Shown here: piece after piece, positions 1 to 11,162 of the stretch
Position numbering within the stretch: position 1 is the first letter of the stretch
How the letters are laid out: each line of letters begins with the position of its first letter
Source of the DNA: Catajapyx aquilonaris
Lineage: Eukaryota
DNA length: 35,758 nucleotides
Assembly: GCA_000934665.2 (NCBI GenBank)
Contig: KZ539034.1
Coordinates: 1-35,758 of the forward strand
Reading direction: 5' to 3'
Translations under genes and position numbers: made by a program
Notes under the pieces: model-generated
Seen by the model: only the letters and a program-made list of their open reading frames with translations
What the model was told of the DNA's origin: nothing
Databases searched by the model: none

Positions 1-446
1 ACGACGTTTTGAACCACAATAACAAAATGGTGAAGCAAAATGGAATACTTGAATAGCTCCAGTCAAGGTGAAGACCAGCAGGAGGAAGTGCCAACTGTAC
101 CAACATATACTAACTCCGATGGCATGTCGGATAACTCGCCAAATGGCCAAGAGCGTATGTGTAGCCTACTGTACGAGCAGGTAAGAAACGGTAGAATCCA
201 CACCAATAAGCTTTGAACACCATACAGTGACAACATTGACAGTAATAATTATTGCATTTTATGGACAGTGCGTGTTCAACTGTTCATGCAGGGATTTCAT
301 GTTTCTTAATTACGGACATATACTCATGCATTATAGTCCCGCACCATCTGACCTTATTTTTTCCATCACACCGTAGCCATATAAACCGGTCAACTTGCCC
401 CTTATTAGTTGCAAAAATTCTACAGTGCTTCTAGTCAGAAAGAGTA

Positions 447-1008
447 ATGGCAGAAGAAGCCAAGGAAGAGGCCACTGTGCACACCTATCCCCTCATTCGG
501 GTACGTAGATTCCACAGGTCACTGCTCCCATAATACAGTACTGTATTATTTGTCCCTCTGCCACAACAGTATGGATAACGAAAGCCCCTCGTTGGGATCA
601 TAGTTTTCAGACTTGTCCGATGAGATTAGAGAAGCGGTAGTGAATATGGTCATCGCAGCGTGTGAAACCCATGCCCCTAACAATGACGTAAGTACTATCG
701 TTTATTGGGGAAAGTTGTCATGCAGTGGTATAAAAGGCGACATGACTACGACGGTGTGTGGTTGAAAGCTTTGTTTGTCATTCACCATTTTAATAAGCCG
801 CAAATAAATTAAAATATCTTTAACTGGGGTTATTTGTCCGCAGCAAATAGCCAAACTTCTGAAAGAGAGCTTGGACAAGAAGTTGGGTCCGCCTTGGCAC
901 GTGGTGGTGGGGCAGGCGTTTGGCTTCGAGATCACCTACGAGCTGAAGAACGTCATCTACATGTTCTACGGGGGAGATACCGGGATATGCGCCTGGAGAT
1001 GCACCTAG
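447..1008 (+). CDS. DNAL4: Dynein axonemal light chain 4 (LC8-family fold), 3 exons: 447-500, 604-687, 844-1008; 100 aa
   Basis: Spliced translation MAEEAKEEATVHTYPLIR|FSDLSDEIREAVVNMVIAACETHAPNND|QIAKLLKESLDKKLGPPWHVVVGQAFGFEITYELKNVIYMFYGGDTGICAWRCT* matches the DNAL4 pattern (T[FY]PL[VI]R.SD, DKK.G..WHVV.G..FGFEIT, [FY]GG...C.W.C). Both introns are phase-0 GT-AG (gtacgt 501/ag 603; gtaagt 688/cag 843). Confidence 0.92.
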
Positions 1009-1417
1009 AGTCCTAGGTGGTCCTAGGCCCTAGTAATTGTGCGTGAAGAAGATGACAAAAAAAAACTCTCCTTCTGTTGGTTGAAAAAAAAAGTGTTATG
1101 GTCATGTCAGAGGTCAGCTCTCCTTAGTAGTTTTGTTCGCTGACTCTTTACTCTTGTGGTTATGAATGGCCCTTTTGAGGTAATATTCTGTTTCAAAGTG
1201 GCCATTTTAGGAGCAAACAAAAATATTAGAACTATAGCAGGATACCCAAGTTCCGTACTCAGTGGTACGATTCGAAGTGACTCCGACCCACAGACTCGAG
1301 TCAACCAAAGGGTTGTGGCAGTATTTGATATACTTACTGGTCAAGTATCAGTGATGCTGACCAGAAGAGATTGTGCAGTTGTTCTGAATGATGAAAATAT
1401 CTTGCTGCAGGTTAACA

Positions 1418-1608
1418 CAATGGCGGTGTAGACGTCGTTGTTGGGGGGGGGGGGGTGATTTGTTGCCGCCCCCCAAACNNNNNNNNNNNNNNNNNNNNNN
1501 NNNNNNNNNNNNNNNNNNNNNNNNNNNNNNNNNNNNNNNNNNNNNNNNNNNNNNNNNNNNNNNNNNNNNNNNNNNNNCCCCCCCCCCCCCCCCATAGATC
1601 CGCCACTG
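1418..1608. mobile_element. hAT-type MITE with G/C-rich interior (spans an N gap)
   Basis: Imperfect TIRs CAATGGCGG...CCGCCACTG and an 8-bp TSD GGTTAACA (1410-1417, 1609-1616). Confidence 0.8.
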
Positions 1609-3648
1609 GGTTAACACAGTCCGGACTAGCTGCATAAGGTTTTTTAAAAATAACTTGCATCATTGGAGGATGAATTGGGTGGATCGCGCAAGGACCATTA
1701 AGTTATTAATACTGTAATGACGTTACAACGCTATACCTTCTCTCTGGCTTATTTCGCCTTTACTGGGTTTTTCTTTCTGGTTTCCCCATTATTATGTACC
1801 AAATGGTCAGTTTATAGGATGCAATGTTTTGTGTAATTGGTGTAGGCTACGAATATCCTGTACCACAGCATTTAAAATGTTTTAAAATTATCTTGTTTAG
1901 GGATTTGCCCTGGGCCTACATGAACTTTCACATAACGAAAGTATTTTAAGAGTCAAATCTCAATTTTGAAGGTCTGTTTGGATAATAGCTTATCAATCCC
2001 CCTCAATTTATTGTAGGCCTAATTACTCTTTTATTAGGCTAATTTAATTTATTTATTGACCCAGTGAGGTCGGTGGCAATTGCCGGAGACAGTCAGTGGC
2101 ATCAAAATTTTTTACAATAATGGAAAAAGGAAAAGAAAAAAAAAATGATATCATCAGAGGCAGGCACAAAGAAACCATTTATGGAAAGCAAAACAAAATC
2201 TCAAGGCAACAGTCAGAAAATCAATACTTGAAGAAATTCACTATCTTTAAAACATTTTTAGAAAATTGAATAAGTTGTCTTCACATACCCTACAGTGATT
2301 TATTGTAATTACTCCACTTTGCTTGGCATATGGCCTCAGAAACAGTACTGATACCTACCACGCAAGCAATCTTGAGCAAATTCCCCCAGTCAGAGACACA
2401 TTATGGGCCCGATGCACGTTCGCCTGACACCATGCGGATTTGCCGTACGTTAAGTTTCAGGTAGGCCTGGATCACTCTAGGATGGTACAGGTGCTCTTTT
2501 TATGGTGTCACCTTGTTTGGATCTGATTGGACAATGCGTGACTAATTGACATGGAACTTTCTGTCCAAGTTTTGATAAAAAATAAAAAATAAAGATCACC
2601 CTATACTGTTTAGCATTCCACAAAAACATTACATCATTTTATCAATACTTACGAAGTGTGGTAAGCAGCGAAGTTCAGATAAGTTGTGCCAGTGACAATC
2701 CTTTCCAAGTGGGCCATTCCTATTTATCACAATAATTAGTTGTTATTCAGAACCTGAAGAGTTGCTTTTGTCCAACCTAATATTAGAAAGAAAAAAAAAG
2801 TGATAAAGCCTAAAAGTAACTGTCTGAAAGTATCTGCTTCATTCAGAATGGTACTGCATTTATTAGAGATTGAAAGGTTATTACTGCACTACAATTAGTG
2901 TGCATGACCTGTGATTTATTGGAGTAATGACTAATATATTGGCACAGTGGATCTTAGTCCTCATATATGCATTGGTCAATTCATGTTTTGAAGGAGGAAA
3001 GGACATGAAGGTAAGCCTTTCCCTCCATAAGACAATTCACTGCTGGAAAAGCAATACATGTAGGCTTCCGATGTGCTGTGCTTCAGGACCCAGCTGGTTT
3101 CTTACTATGCAAGTTTACTATAGTGGAATCCCAAGTGCATGGAAACAAGCAGAATCTGGAGGACTTCAATTTTCAGTGCTGCAGCCTGCAGGTGAAATTT
3201 GAAAGTATCTAGGGCTGGGTTGCGTGATTGAGAGTGATTACAGACCAAGTGGTTGATCCTATCTAGGGTTGGCAACCATGTTCCTAACAATGAAAATTAA
3301 GGATTAACCACTTGTTCTGGATTAACTATCAGTTACACAACTTATAAGCTTTTTGGTTTTTATCATAATTAGTGGTTTTTCAATTAAATTCTGTTTGTAT
3401 CACTTCCATTATCCTGCTAACCATGGTTATAAATTCCAGGTGTAATGTGACTTTATGGGTCCCTAGGGGAGTTTGTCAAGATGTCTTCCCACACCTCTCC
3501 ATATAAAATGATGTCCTGCCTCTGAAACTGGTGAGGATCCTGATCATCAAATGGTATTAACAGAGCCAACTATGAATATTGCAGCATATCCTGGAACATT
3601 CAATGCTATAAATCGGAAGCCAGGGAGGTAATTTGGGGCTCAATGGTT

Positions 3649-3654
3649 TTTATT
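3649..3654 (-). terminator. Candidate polyadenylation signal AATAAA serving ADAT2 and probably SMUG1
   Basis: TTTATT on + at 3649-3654, about 135 nt past the ADAT2 stop. It is the first canonical signal I see downstream of the SMUG1 stop. Confidence 0.5.
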
Positions 3655-3788
3655 ATTATTTGCATATATTTGGAGAAGTACAGTCAATACATGTAAAACT
3701 AGCTACAAATGGAATCAAAAGTTCCTTTTTTTGTTTGTTTTCCTTTTTTGAAATGTTTAGTAGTAATAAATGGAATTCTAAGGAATAA

Positions 3789-4292
3789 TCACGTCCTACG
3801 CTTTTTCTTGACTTTGTCAGGAGGAGCCGAGGGATTTTCCCCTTTGTAGAATTCCTTAAGGAGCCTAATGGCTTCGTCCTTCCGGATTCCGGCATGCAGC
3901 GAGGGATGCCACGTGGAACCGGTCCGGACATCGTACACTGAGCCACAGCCTCCAAACCTAGGGTTTGAGCAGCCGAAGAAGATCTCTCTAATTTGTAAAT
4001 CTCGCAGGGCTGAAGCGCACATGATGCAAGGCTCAACTGTCACATAGACAACAATATTTGGAAACACATCCACATGCGAAACACCATTTTCAGAGCAATA
4101 CAGCAACACTTGATCTACACAATTAATTTCTGCATGACGAGTCGCATTTTGGGTCTCGTTGACAGTGTTCCTTCCGGAAGCTATGATTTCACTGTTGTAC
4201 ACAAAGACACAACCTACTGGCACTTCGCCAACTGCAAGTGCTTCGTAAGCCTTAGAGAAAGCAGCATCCATGAATTTCTGCGTGACTTCCAT
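3789..4292 (-). CDS. ADAT2: tRNA-specific adenosine-34 deaminase catalytic subunit (Tad2/ADAT2), single exon, 167 aa
   Basis: ORF carries GEVPVGCVFV, NATRHAE (Zn-binding His plus catalytic Glu), YVTVEPCIMC, FFGCSNPRFGGCGSV and LLKEFYKGENPSAP, all typical of ADAT2. Start context is GCCGCCAAACCATGG. Confidence 0.95.
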   Translation of the reverse strand: MEVTQKFMDAAFSKAYEALAVGEVPVGCVFVYNSEIIASGRNTVNETQNATRHAEINCVDQVLLYCSENGVSHVDVFPNIVVYVTVEPCIMCASALRDLQIREIFFGCSNPRFGGCGSVYDVRTGSTWHPSLHAGIRKDEAIRLLKEFYKGENPSAPPDKVKKKRRT

Positions 4293-4322
4293 GGTTTGGC
4301 GGCGACAAAAATTAGAAACTGT

Positions 4323-5400
4323 TCATGAGGCAAGGTCGGTCTGGAAGAAGTGCATCAGACCCAGGTCCTGAAGGGCTTTGCGGGTTGCTTCCTTCCACCC
4401 CTTGTTTGCTGCTGGGTTGATGGGGCTTGGGTGCATCAATGAAAACACCTGCACAAAGGAGATTGGCCAATAAGAAAGCCGCTGTGGGGGTTGGCACCCG
4501 ATACACTACCTGAACATTGTTCACCACGCCTGACTGGAGAGCCAGCAGCGCCCTCTCCTGCGGGAATTTTCCAATGCCAAGGATCACCTTGACCTTCAGC
4601 AGGTGAACAATCTGTAGCAGTGCCTCGTCGCAGGCAGCAAATAGTGCCCGGCGTTCAGCGGCCTGCAAAAGAAAGAAGCGTGGCAGTGAGCAGACAAACA
4701 CAGCAAATGAAGCAGGCAGTCACCTTCAGCTGTGGGGGTGTGATGTTCTTGGCCGATTCTTTCATGAAGGCCAAGGGGCAGTAGTTATGAACAAATGCGT
4801 GTCGGAAGAGAACCTCTGGCTCAGAGCACAGCTCACGAAAGAAGGTCCAAAATCGCTGGCCGCTGACTTCGCTGCGAGGGCACTGTAGTCCCTGGATCAG
4901 TCTTTGCGGGTGCTCCCGTGCAGGTTTATGGACACTACCTTGGACCTTCAACCAGTCTTTGACCAGGGTCACCTCTCCAAAAGGAATCTGAAACAGCCAG
5001 GCATAAGCATCAGACCAACAATCCCACAGCAACGGATCAGCATGGACGACGTCGAGATTGAGGGTATGGCACTAACCCCTGTCTGCGACATCCCCCACGG
5101 TCCCGGATTCATCCCCAGGAGGAGGATATCTTTAGTGCTATTGCAATACTTTCGCACGTAATCACCGTGCGTCTCGTATGCATACTCAATCGGGTTATAG
5201 ACATAAGCAACAGGAGGGGAAAAGAAAATTCCTCGCAGTCTCTGATTGAGTCGGTTCTCTATCCACAAAAACTGATCTGAAACGCTGCATGGTATGTATT
5301 CGCTTTGAGGTAGTCCTGGGTAGCACACAGGACCCGTACTATAATCCTGCGAGACAAGGTAGGCCCGCTTTGCCAGCGGCTCTCCTTCCTCATAATACAT
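4323..5400 (-). CDS. SMUG1: Single-strand selective monofunctional uracil-DNA glycosylase (UDG family 3), 4 exons: 5400-5077, 4987-4724, 4662-4510, 4448-4323; 288 aa
   Basis: Motifs YVYNPIEYA, LLGMNPGPWGMSQTG|IPFGEV, RSEVSGQRFW, FVHNYCPL, NITP and LMHPSPINPAANKGW. Three phase-0 GT-AG introns of 89, 61 and 61 nt join the ORF fragments in frame. TGA at 4325-4323. Confidence 0.93.
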
Positions 5401-5639
5401 GGTGCTATGTGTGGAGTGACTGTAACAGACCAACACATTACATTACAGGCAACTGTCACTTTCCACTGTCTACCCCTAACCCACTCCTACTTGCCTGACT
5501 TCTCTGGCAGGTCTCCAACACTCAGCAAACACACAGGTCACTCGCACCTTCCTAGACCCGCTCCTCTATTCAAGCCCCACTCCTTGCCATTGTCAACATC
5601 ATTGATTTTTTACTTTTACAGGTCCATTACTGCCATTAC

Positions 5640-5800
5640 GCCCCGTTACTTTGCACATGAGCCGCCAGTTGGCGCGCATGTTGTTCACCAGGATTATCTT
5701 CAACATTGCTAGTGGTGGCTGACTCTATGGTCTCAGGAAGACATCTTGCTACAGGCAACTTATTCCCCCCAAGGGGTATGGGCTCCGCTTCACTACTCAT
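5640..5800 (-). CDS. Possible upstream coding exon (or 54-codon uORF) of SMUG1
   Basis: ATG at 5800 opens MSSEAEPIPLGGNK...VQSNGA. A phase-2 donor GC|GTAATG at 5639 joined to the acceptor ttacag (exon resumes 5419) is in frame with the SMUG1 ATG. No homology recognised. Confidence 0.35.
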
Positions 5801-8800
5801 TTCACATGCACTAGTGGATGCTAGTGGGGATAGTTGGGATAAAAGGCGGACGGTTAAAATACCTTTTGGGCTCTCTGTGTGTGTAAGGCAGAAAGCAATG
5901 TGGTGCAAGTTGATTGTAAGGCAAAATATGGCGTGTACAATGTAATGATGCGGAATATTTAATATATTGTTTAAAAAAATATGGAAAAATAGAGTATCGG
6001 TTTTTTAGCTACACAATTGCAGTAAGTGCTTATACAGTATACATGTTAGGACCTACAGCGCACACTCATATAACTTTTGCCACCACTTTAAAATAAACAC
6101 ATTTTTTGTCGCTATTTATATTTGTGGATTACATGTGCATCATAAATTTCCCAATGTAACCCACTGTATAAAAGTGGTTTAATATTTATTGTAGTTTATG
6201 AGATGATGTATGCCAATGAATTGTTAATTTTGTTATGCGTAACTATACGTATTAAGTGCATGCCATTCTAACTTGACCTTCACATACAGTATACTCTGAA
6301 GTCGGCATGCAAGTACCATGGCCAGGAACAGGCTGTGCTTTGGAACTATACCTTCGGAATAACCTCTTGCTTCCGTTAGTCGTTAGATAAGAGGCTGTTT
6401 CATCAATACTGTCCTTCTCTGTCTCGGAATAAAACTCAGACGAAAGTTGAGGTTAAGATCGCAATGCACTGTCAGTACTTGCTAATATAGCCTCTGACAT
6501 AACTGAGGCATACACAGCTTTTTTTCCATAATTGAGCTCATATCCATAAATGTAAAAATCTCGCTCATTCTCATGTCCATACTCCTTGTGTCAACTCACA
6601 CTCAAGTGTGGGAGAGAGTTACACACAGAGTTGAAAGTGCTTTACAACTGTGTTGATTATATGATTTCTTGAATATGAATTCATAAGGTCAGCTAAATTC
6701 GCACCGAAACAAATGTGAGCTAAGTTCTGAAGCACATGGTAATATATGAGAGCGAAAATGACACAGCTGAACAATAATTTTGAATTCGCCTTACACATTA
6801 TCTTTAGAACTGCAATTAGTAAATAATGCATACCGTACAATGAAATGCAGAATGAAAAATGGTATCATGACTAACTAGTTACACTTGTACCTTGCTGGTA
6901 CTCAGTTCACATATACGTAACAGGCTTGCAAAAACATACTTCCTTATTGTAAATCGCAGAATATTTAAATTTGTATGCAACAGCATTTCTCTGGCCTCTG
7001 CTCACGCGATACAATTTTTTGTGGGAACTGATATTTTCAGGTATTTTCGGAATCTCTGTACCAAAGTTGATCCTTAGGGGACTTGTGAGAACAACCTCGG
7101 CTTAACTTGGATACACAGTCAGTTATACAGAAAACCCGCAAAATAACCCGCAAAATTGCAACTTTTAATGAGTTTTTTTAAACAAAATTCGACCATGATT
7201 ACGATAAACGGCTTCAGTGTCTTCAGCGAGCTTATTGTTCTTTTATTTCTGGCCTAATCTTAACTGGTATCTTATTGCAGTACACCAAGATAAATAAGCT
7301 CTTACAGAAAATCTATTACAACACACCTGCCATCAGCATTATAATTATTCATAATTAATTCAGAACAATATTAGAATTACCACATTTCGTCCCTTGCCAG
7401 ATCCAGTAACACCCCCCAGATTAGTAGTTAGGCATACTAGAAAATATTTAAATCACAATTCAGGCTTTTATAATAGTTTTCAGCCCTATAAAAAAATGGA
7501 TGAAGGTTCTGAATCCAATCAGACGAATATTCCTTCTTGGACTTCCAAGAAATGCTGATGAGGGTTGAGAAGCAAGATGAACACCACTTCCGCCACTAGA
7601 GTGAAGCTTCTTATTTCTACACCATCTAAGACTGTAAGGACCCGCTTGCGTATGCCATCTGCATTGCCGCGCAGGAAAGTTGGTAATGGGCATTTTACGT
7701 TTCAGTCTATCGATCTACTGACTCGGTCTACAGCCAAGACCGAAGGGAACCATGCTTCAGGTTTCTTAGTTTTTCCGTCTGGCGCGCTTCGACACTATCT
7801 GCCCTTTATTTTGTCTTTAGTTGTATAGTACGGCACTTCACTAACGACTTACAGTCGTTATGTTGTGTCAAGGGAGATAAATGTCTTATCACTTAAGACT
7901 CTAATGCAGAATATCCCACATTCAAGGCCAAATTTTTATTCTAGTCGAATTTTACGTACGAATAGTAGGATTTAAATAGTTATCTCATCAAATGTTAATA
8001 GACAGTCATTTTGCAGGGTATTTAGTTATGTTATTATAAATTTGCATAAAAATGGTGGAAATTAAATATAATGGCACAAATCGGAAATTGACTGCAATTT
8101 GACATAAAATATAGACCTACTGAAAGTGCAAAATAGCCTTCTTGTGTTGGACACATAGGTCTAGAAAAGCAGGATTTAGATGTAAGTCAGGAGGGAGCGC
8201 TGGGGTGGGGAATAAAGAAAGCAGGGACTGGACAGAGTTTATGAAGTGGCGCACAGGTGGCAGCAATACTGCTAGGATTGATTTGAAGCAAACAATCATG
8301 TACAGTACGTACTACACAACTTGCACATTACGAAGATATCGTGGACATACAAGTGAAACACACTATTGTAATTTTGGAAAATTTGAGTTATACACTAAAT
8401 AACCTTTTAAATATTTTATTGCCTGGAGCAGTCTATTTAGTTCTAAAGACTCATCGTTAGCTAGTATTTCATTATGTAAGCCAATTTGCTTATGATTATC
8501 TCAAAACTGATTTTTTTGATCTTACAGTTAGAGTGTTTCAATTGTATGCCGTCGATGTAATAGTATATACCTCAATACCTGTCTAAAAGTTGTTGTCTTT
8601 GGGAAAAGCAGACTGTGTGTATATACTGTAGCCATTTCGAATCTAACAGGCCAGAACAAACCAAGAGGATTTTTATAAAGGAATTTCCTTATAAAGCCAG
8701 CATATGAAAGCAAATATAAGGCTTTTTAAAAACTTTTGGAGAGAAAAAAAACTTATTTCCGCCGGAAGTTTGTACTTCAAATGGCAGCCACTAGTTCAAT

Positions 8801-10540
8801 ACCATTTCAGTGTTTTGAAAAAAATAAATGTTGGACTTCCATTCCACGATTATATACGCCTACGTACCTTAAAATAATTTTTGCATACCCCCTTTTACCA
8901 CGGCTCTCTTTGGTAGCCTGTAATATTATATATACCCTGCACTGGAGTCAAGAATATTTAATTCAAAAGTGAGCAATTCCGCCTCTCCTGACGCCCACAG
9001 TTTGTTCTAATTCTACTTCTGGGCAATATATGCCATATGCTCCATTTTGTTTTTCGTGGAGAAACAAACCTTAATGACCTATTGATTGAAACCAGATAAA
9101 TTAATATATCGGAAAAATAATTAGATGCCCCATTTATAAGAAAAAGGACTACCAAAGGTCAGGAGGCATTACTGCACGACCTACAATGGGAATTTAATAT
9201 GTGTACCGTACTTTAGTACAAAAAGGTATTGACGTCATTTCTCTAATCAAGTTATAACTGCGTGACTAATGATGATACGCGATATTTCCCTTCATTTTTC
9301 CAATTTTTGGACCTGTGGTAATTGAATTTTTTTTCCGCTCTGGCCAATATTATCCGGCACCCATATTTGGCCCCCTCCCCCCATTAGCTGCCCCGGGCAA
9401 TTGCCCCAGTCTCCCGATGCGTAAATACGGTCCTGCCAATTGTGGCATTCAACAGTGTGCAGAACGGCCCAGAACTAATGCAAAATAAAACCGCATCCTC
9501 TAAATAAAATCGCGTGGTTTTCACTCGATTAGAGTTAATTTTCACTCGTCCTGGTCTAAAATTGACCAATTTTAGACTGAACTTCACTCATTTGAACGAT
9601 CTACCCATGGAATGTACTATCGCTCAAAAAGATTGGATATCGTCTCAGTATTTTTTTTAAGCGATAGAGTACACTTGCATGAAAGAAAATAGCTCCTGTT
9701 GGGTGGTACAGGAAGACCTAATTGGACAGCAAACATACTTATTATATGTCTACATCAGATGAGAAAGCATTTAAGTTATTCTATGACACGCGACTACTGC
9801 AATCCTTCCAAGGTCTCAGGCGAAGAACGTTATAGATTTAGTGTTCCACTTCGCTTCGGGCTGTGCTTTTGTACGACTGTTGATTAGGTCTACTGTTAAA
9901 ATATTTCTGGCCGGCCTCAACCCTGTATGATTTGTTGTGTTAACGTATCACAGAGTACACATATGTACATAAAATTTGTAAGTGGCCTAGGTCTTCCCTG
10001 TGTTTGATTCGTTATTCATTCAGACTGTAGTCCTGATACTGTAGGCTACAGTTCTGCCCAACCTTGCAAACAATTCGGGCGTCAATTTACGTTGTTCTCC
10101 ATACAGTGCCTGATACTTGTCCATTGTTACACTGCCATATACTCTGAAAGTGGATTTGTTGGACAACAAAAGAAGCATACTCTTTCTACAAAATAATAAA
10201 TTTTTAACGTAGAATGAATGCGGTTCGAATGTGAAGACAGACTGTATCATTTGCAGATAGGCTACAGTGTGTACAAAATGGAGTACAAATTAACGCATTT
10301 TTAGGTTGGGTACTATCACCATCACTTTCTTATACAGTCTGTATCTTTTTAAACGAAGGCTGGACATTTTATTGCCCATGGGCAAGAAAATGTCCAGCGA
10401 CTTGCCAGCGATCACTGGAAAGTAAAACTTGGAGTCATTCTGATGTACAGTACAGTACTTGTGTAGCAGTTTCAATGCCTACAAAATGTTCCACTGGAAA
10501 TGTCCGTTTTAAGTTAGCGATGTTTGGGCAAATTTATTCA

Positions 10541-11162
10541 CAGTAAAACTTCTATAAGTCGAATCTCCATGGGACCGGAAAAACTTCGAGTTATACTTAG
10601 AAGATTCGAGTTGGAGAAGTTTGGATTTTTTTCAAGTCTCACATAACTCTATAAGGAAGCCTACCTTTATATCCAGCGACAAAAGGTGTCCAAAACTTAA
10701 AAATAACTGTCACTATCACGCTTGCAATGTTCCTCGTTGTTTTGTTGTAAAAAAAAATCTTTGTTATGGACATTTGCGGCTACTCTTAGATTCAAGGATT
10801 CAATATTGTCACAATCGAGTCATTCGGTACAATTCGGTACGTCTGGTAGACGGAGATCAGAATATTGAAGCCTTTCTGTACATGTCTGTACTCTCGACTC
10901 TTAGGCTGGGAAATGAGACAATTTTCCGAACTCGCCAGCATGAACTTCGACTTAGGGAGAAAATGCATTGATATCCCATCGTAAGGCCCTGCCAAACACT
11001 TCGAGTTATGGAGAATTTCGAGTGATAGAAATTCGAGTTAGGGAAGTTTATTTCCTATTATTTTACATTGTGACCAACCAAGCTCATCATTTTCTTCGAC
11101 TTATAGAGAACTTCGACTTAGACGTTCGACTTATACAGAAGTTCAACTTCAGAGGTTTACTC
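10541..11162. mobile_element. pogo/Tigger-like non-autonomous DNA transposon (degenerate)
   Basis: Left end CAGTAAAACTTCTATAAGTCGAA. Right end is a decayed inverted copy (TTCGACTTATA...AGAGGTTTAC). TTCGAGTTAT/TTCGACTTAT subterminal motifs are repeated. Confidence 0.6.

Noticed and set aside
834..1016. ORF-track 60-aa ORF MSAANSQ...
   Set aside because: Wrong frame over DNAL4 exon 3.
1002..1033. CCTAG repeats and a small hairpin over the DNAL4 stop
   Set aside because: Too short to distinguish from chance.
1341..1663. Poly-Gly/Pro ORFs across the gap (also 12362-12766)
   Set aside because: Artefacts of G/C runs and Ns in hAT MITEs.
3656..4036. 126-aa ORF overlapping ADAT2, and the antisense ORFs at 4074-4328, 4904-5161 and 5289-5498
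   Set aside because: Shadow frames of real genes with no motifs.
4323..4325. SMUG1 TGA as selenocysteine
   Set aside because: Not at a catalytic Cys position, and I could not identify a SECIS in the 3' region.
6250..9600. Short ORFs and TE-like fragments (e.g. GGGCAATTGCCC near 9400)
   Set aside because: No paired ends, TSDs or recognisable protein motifs.
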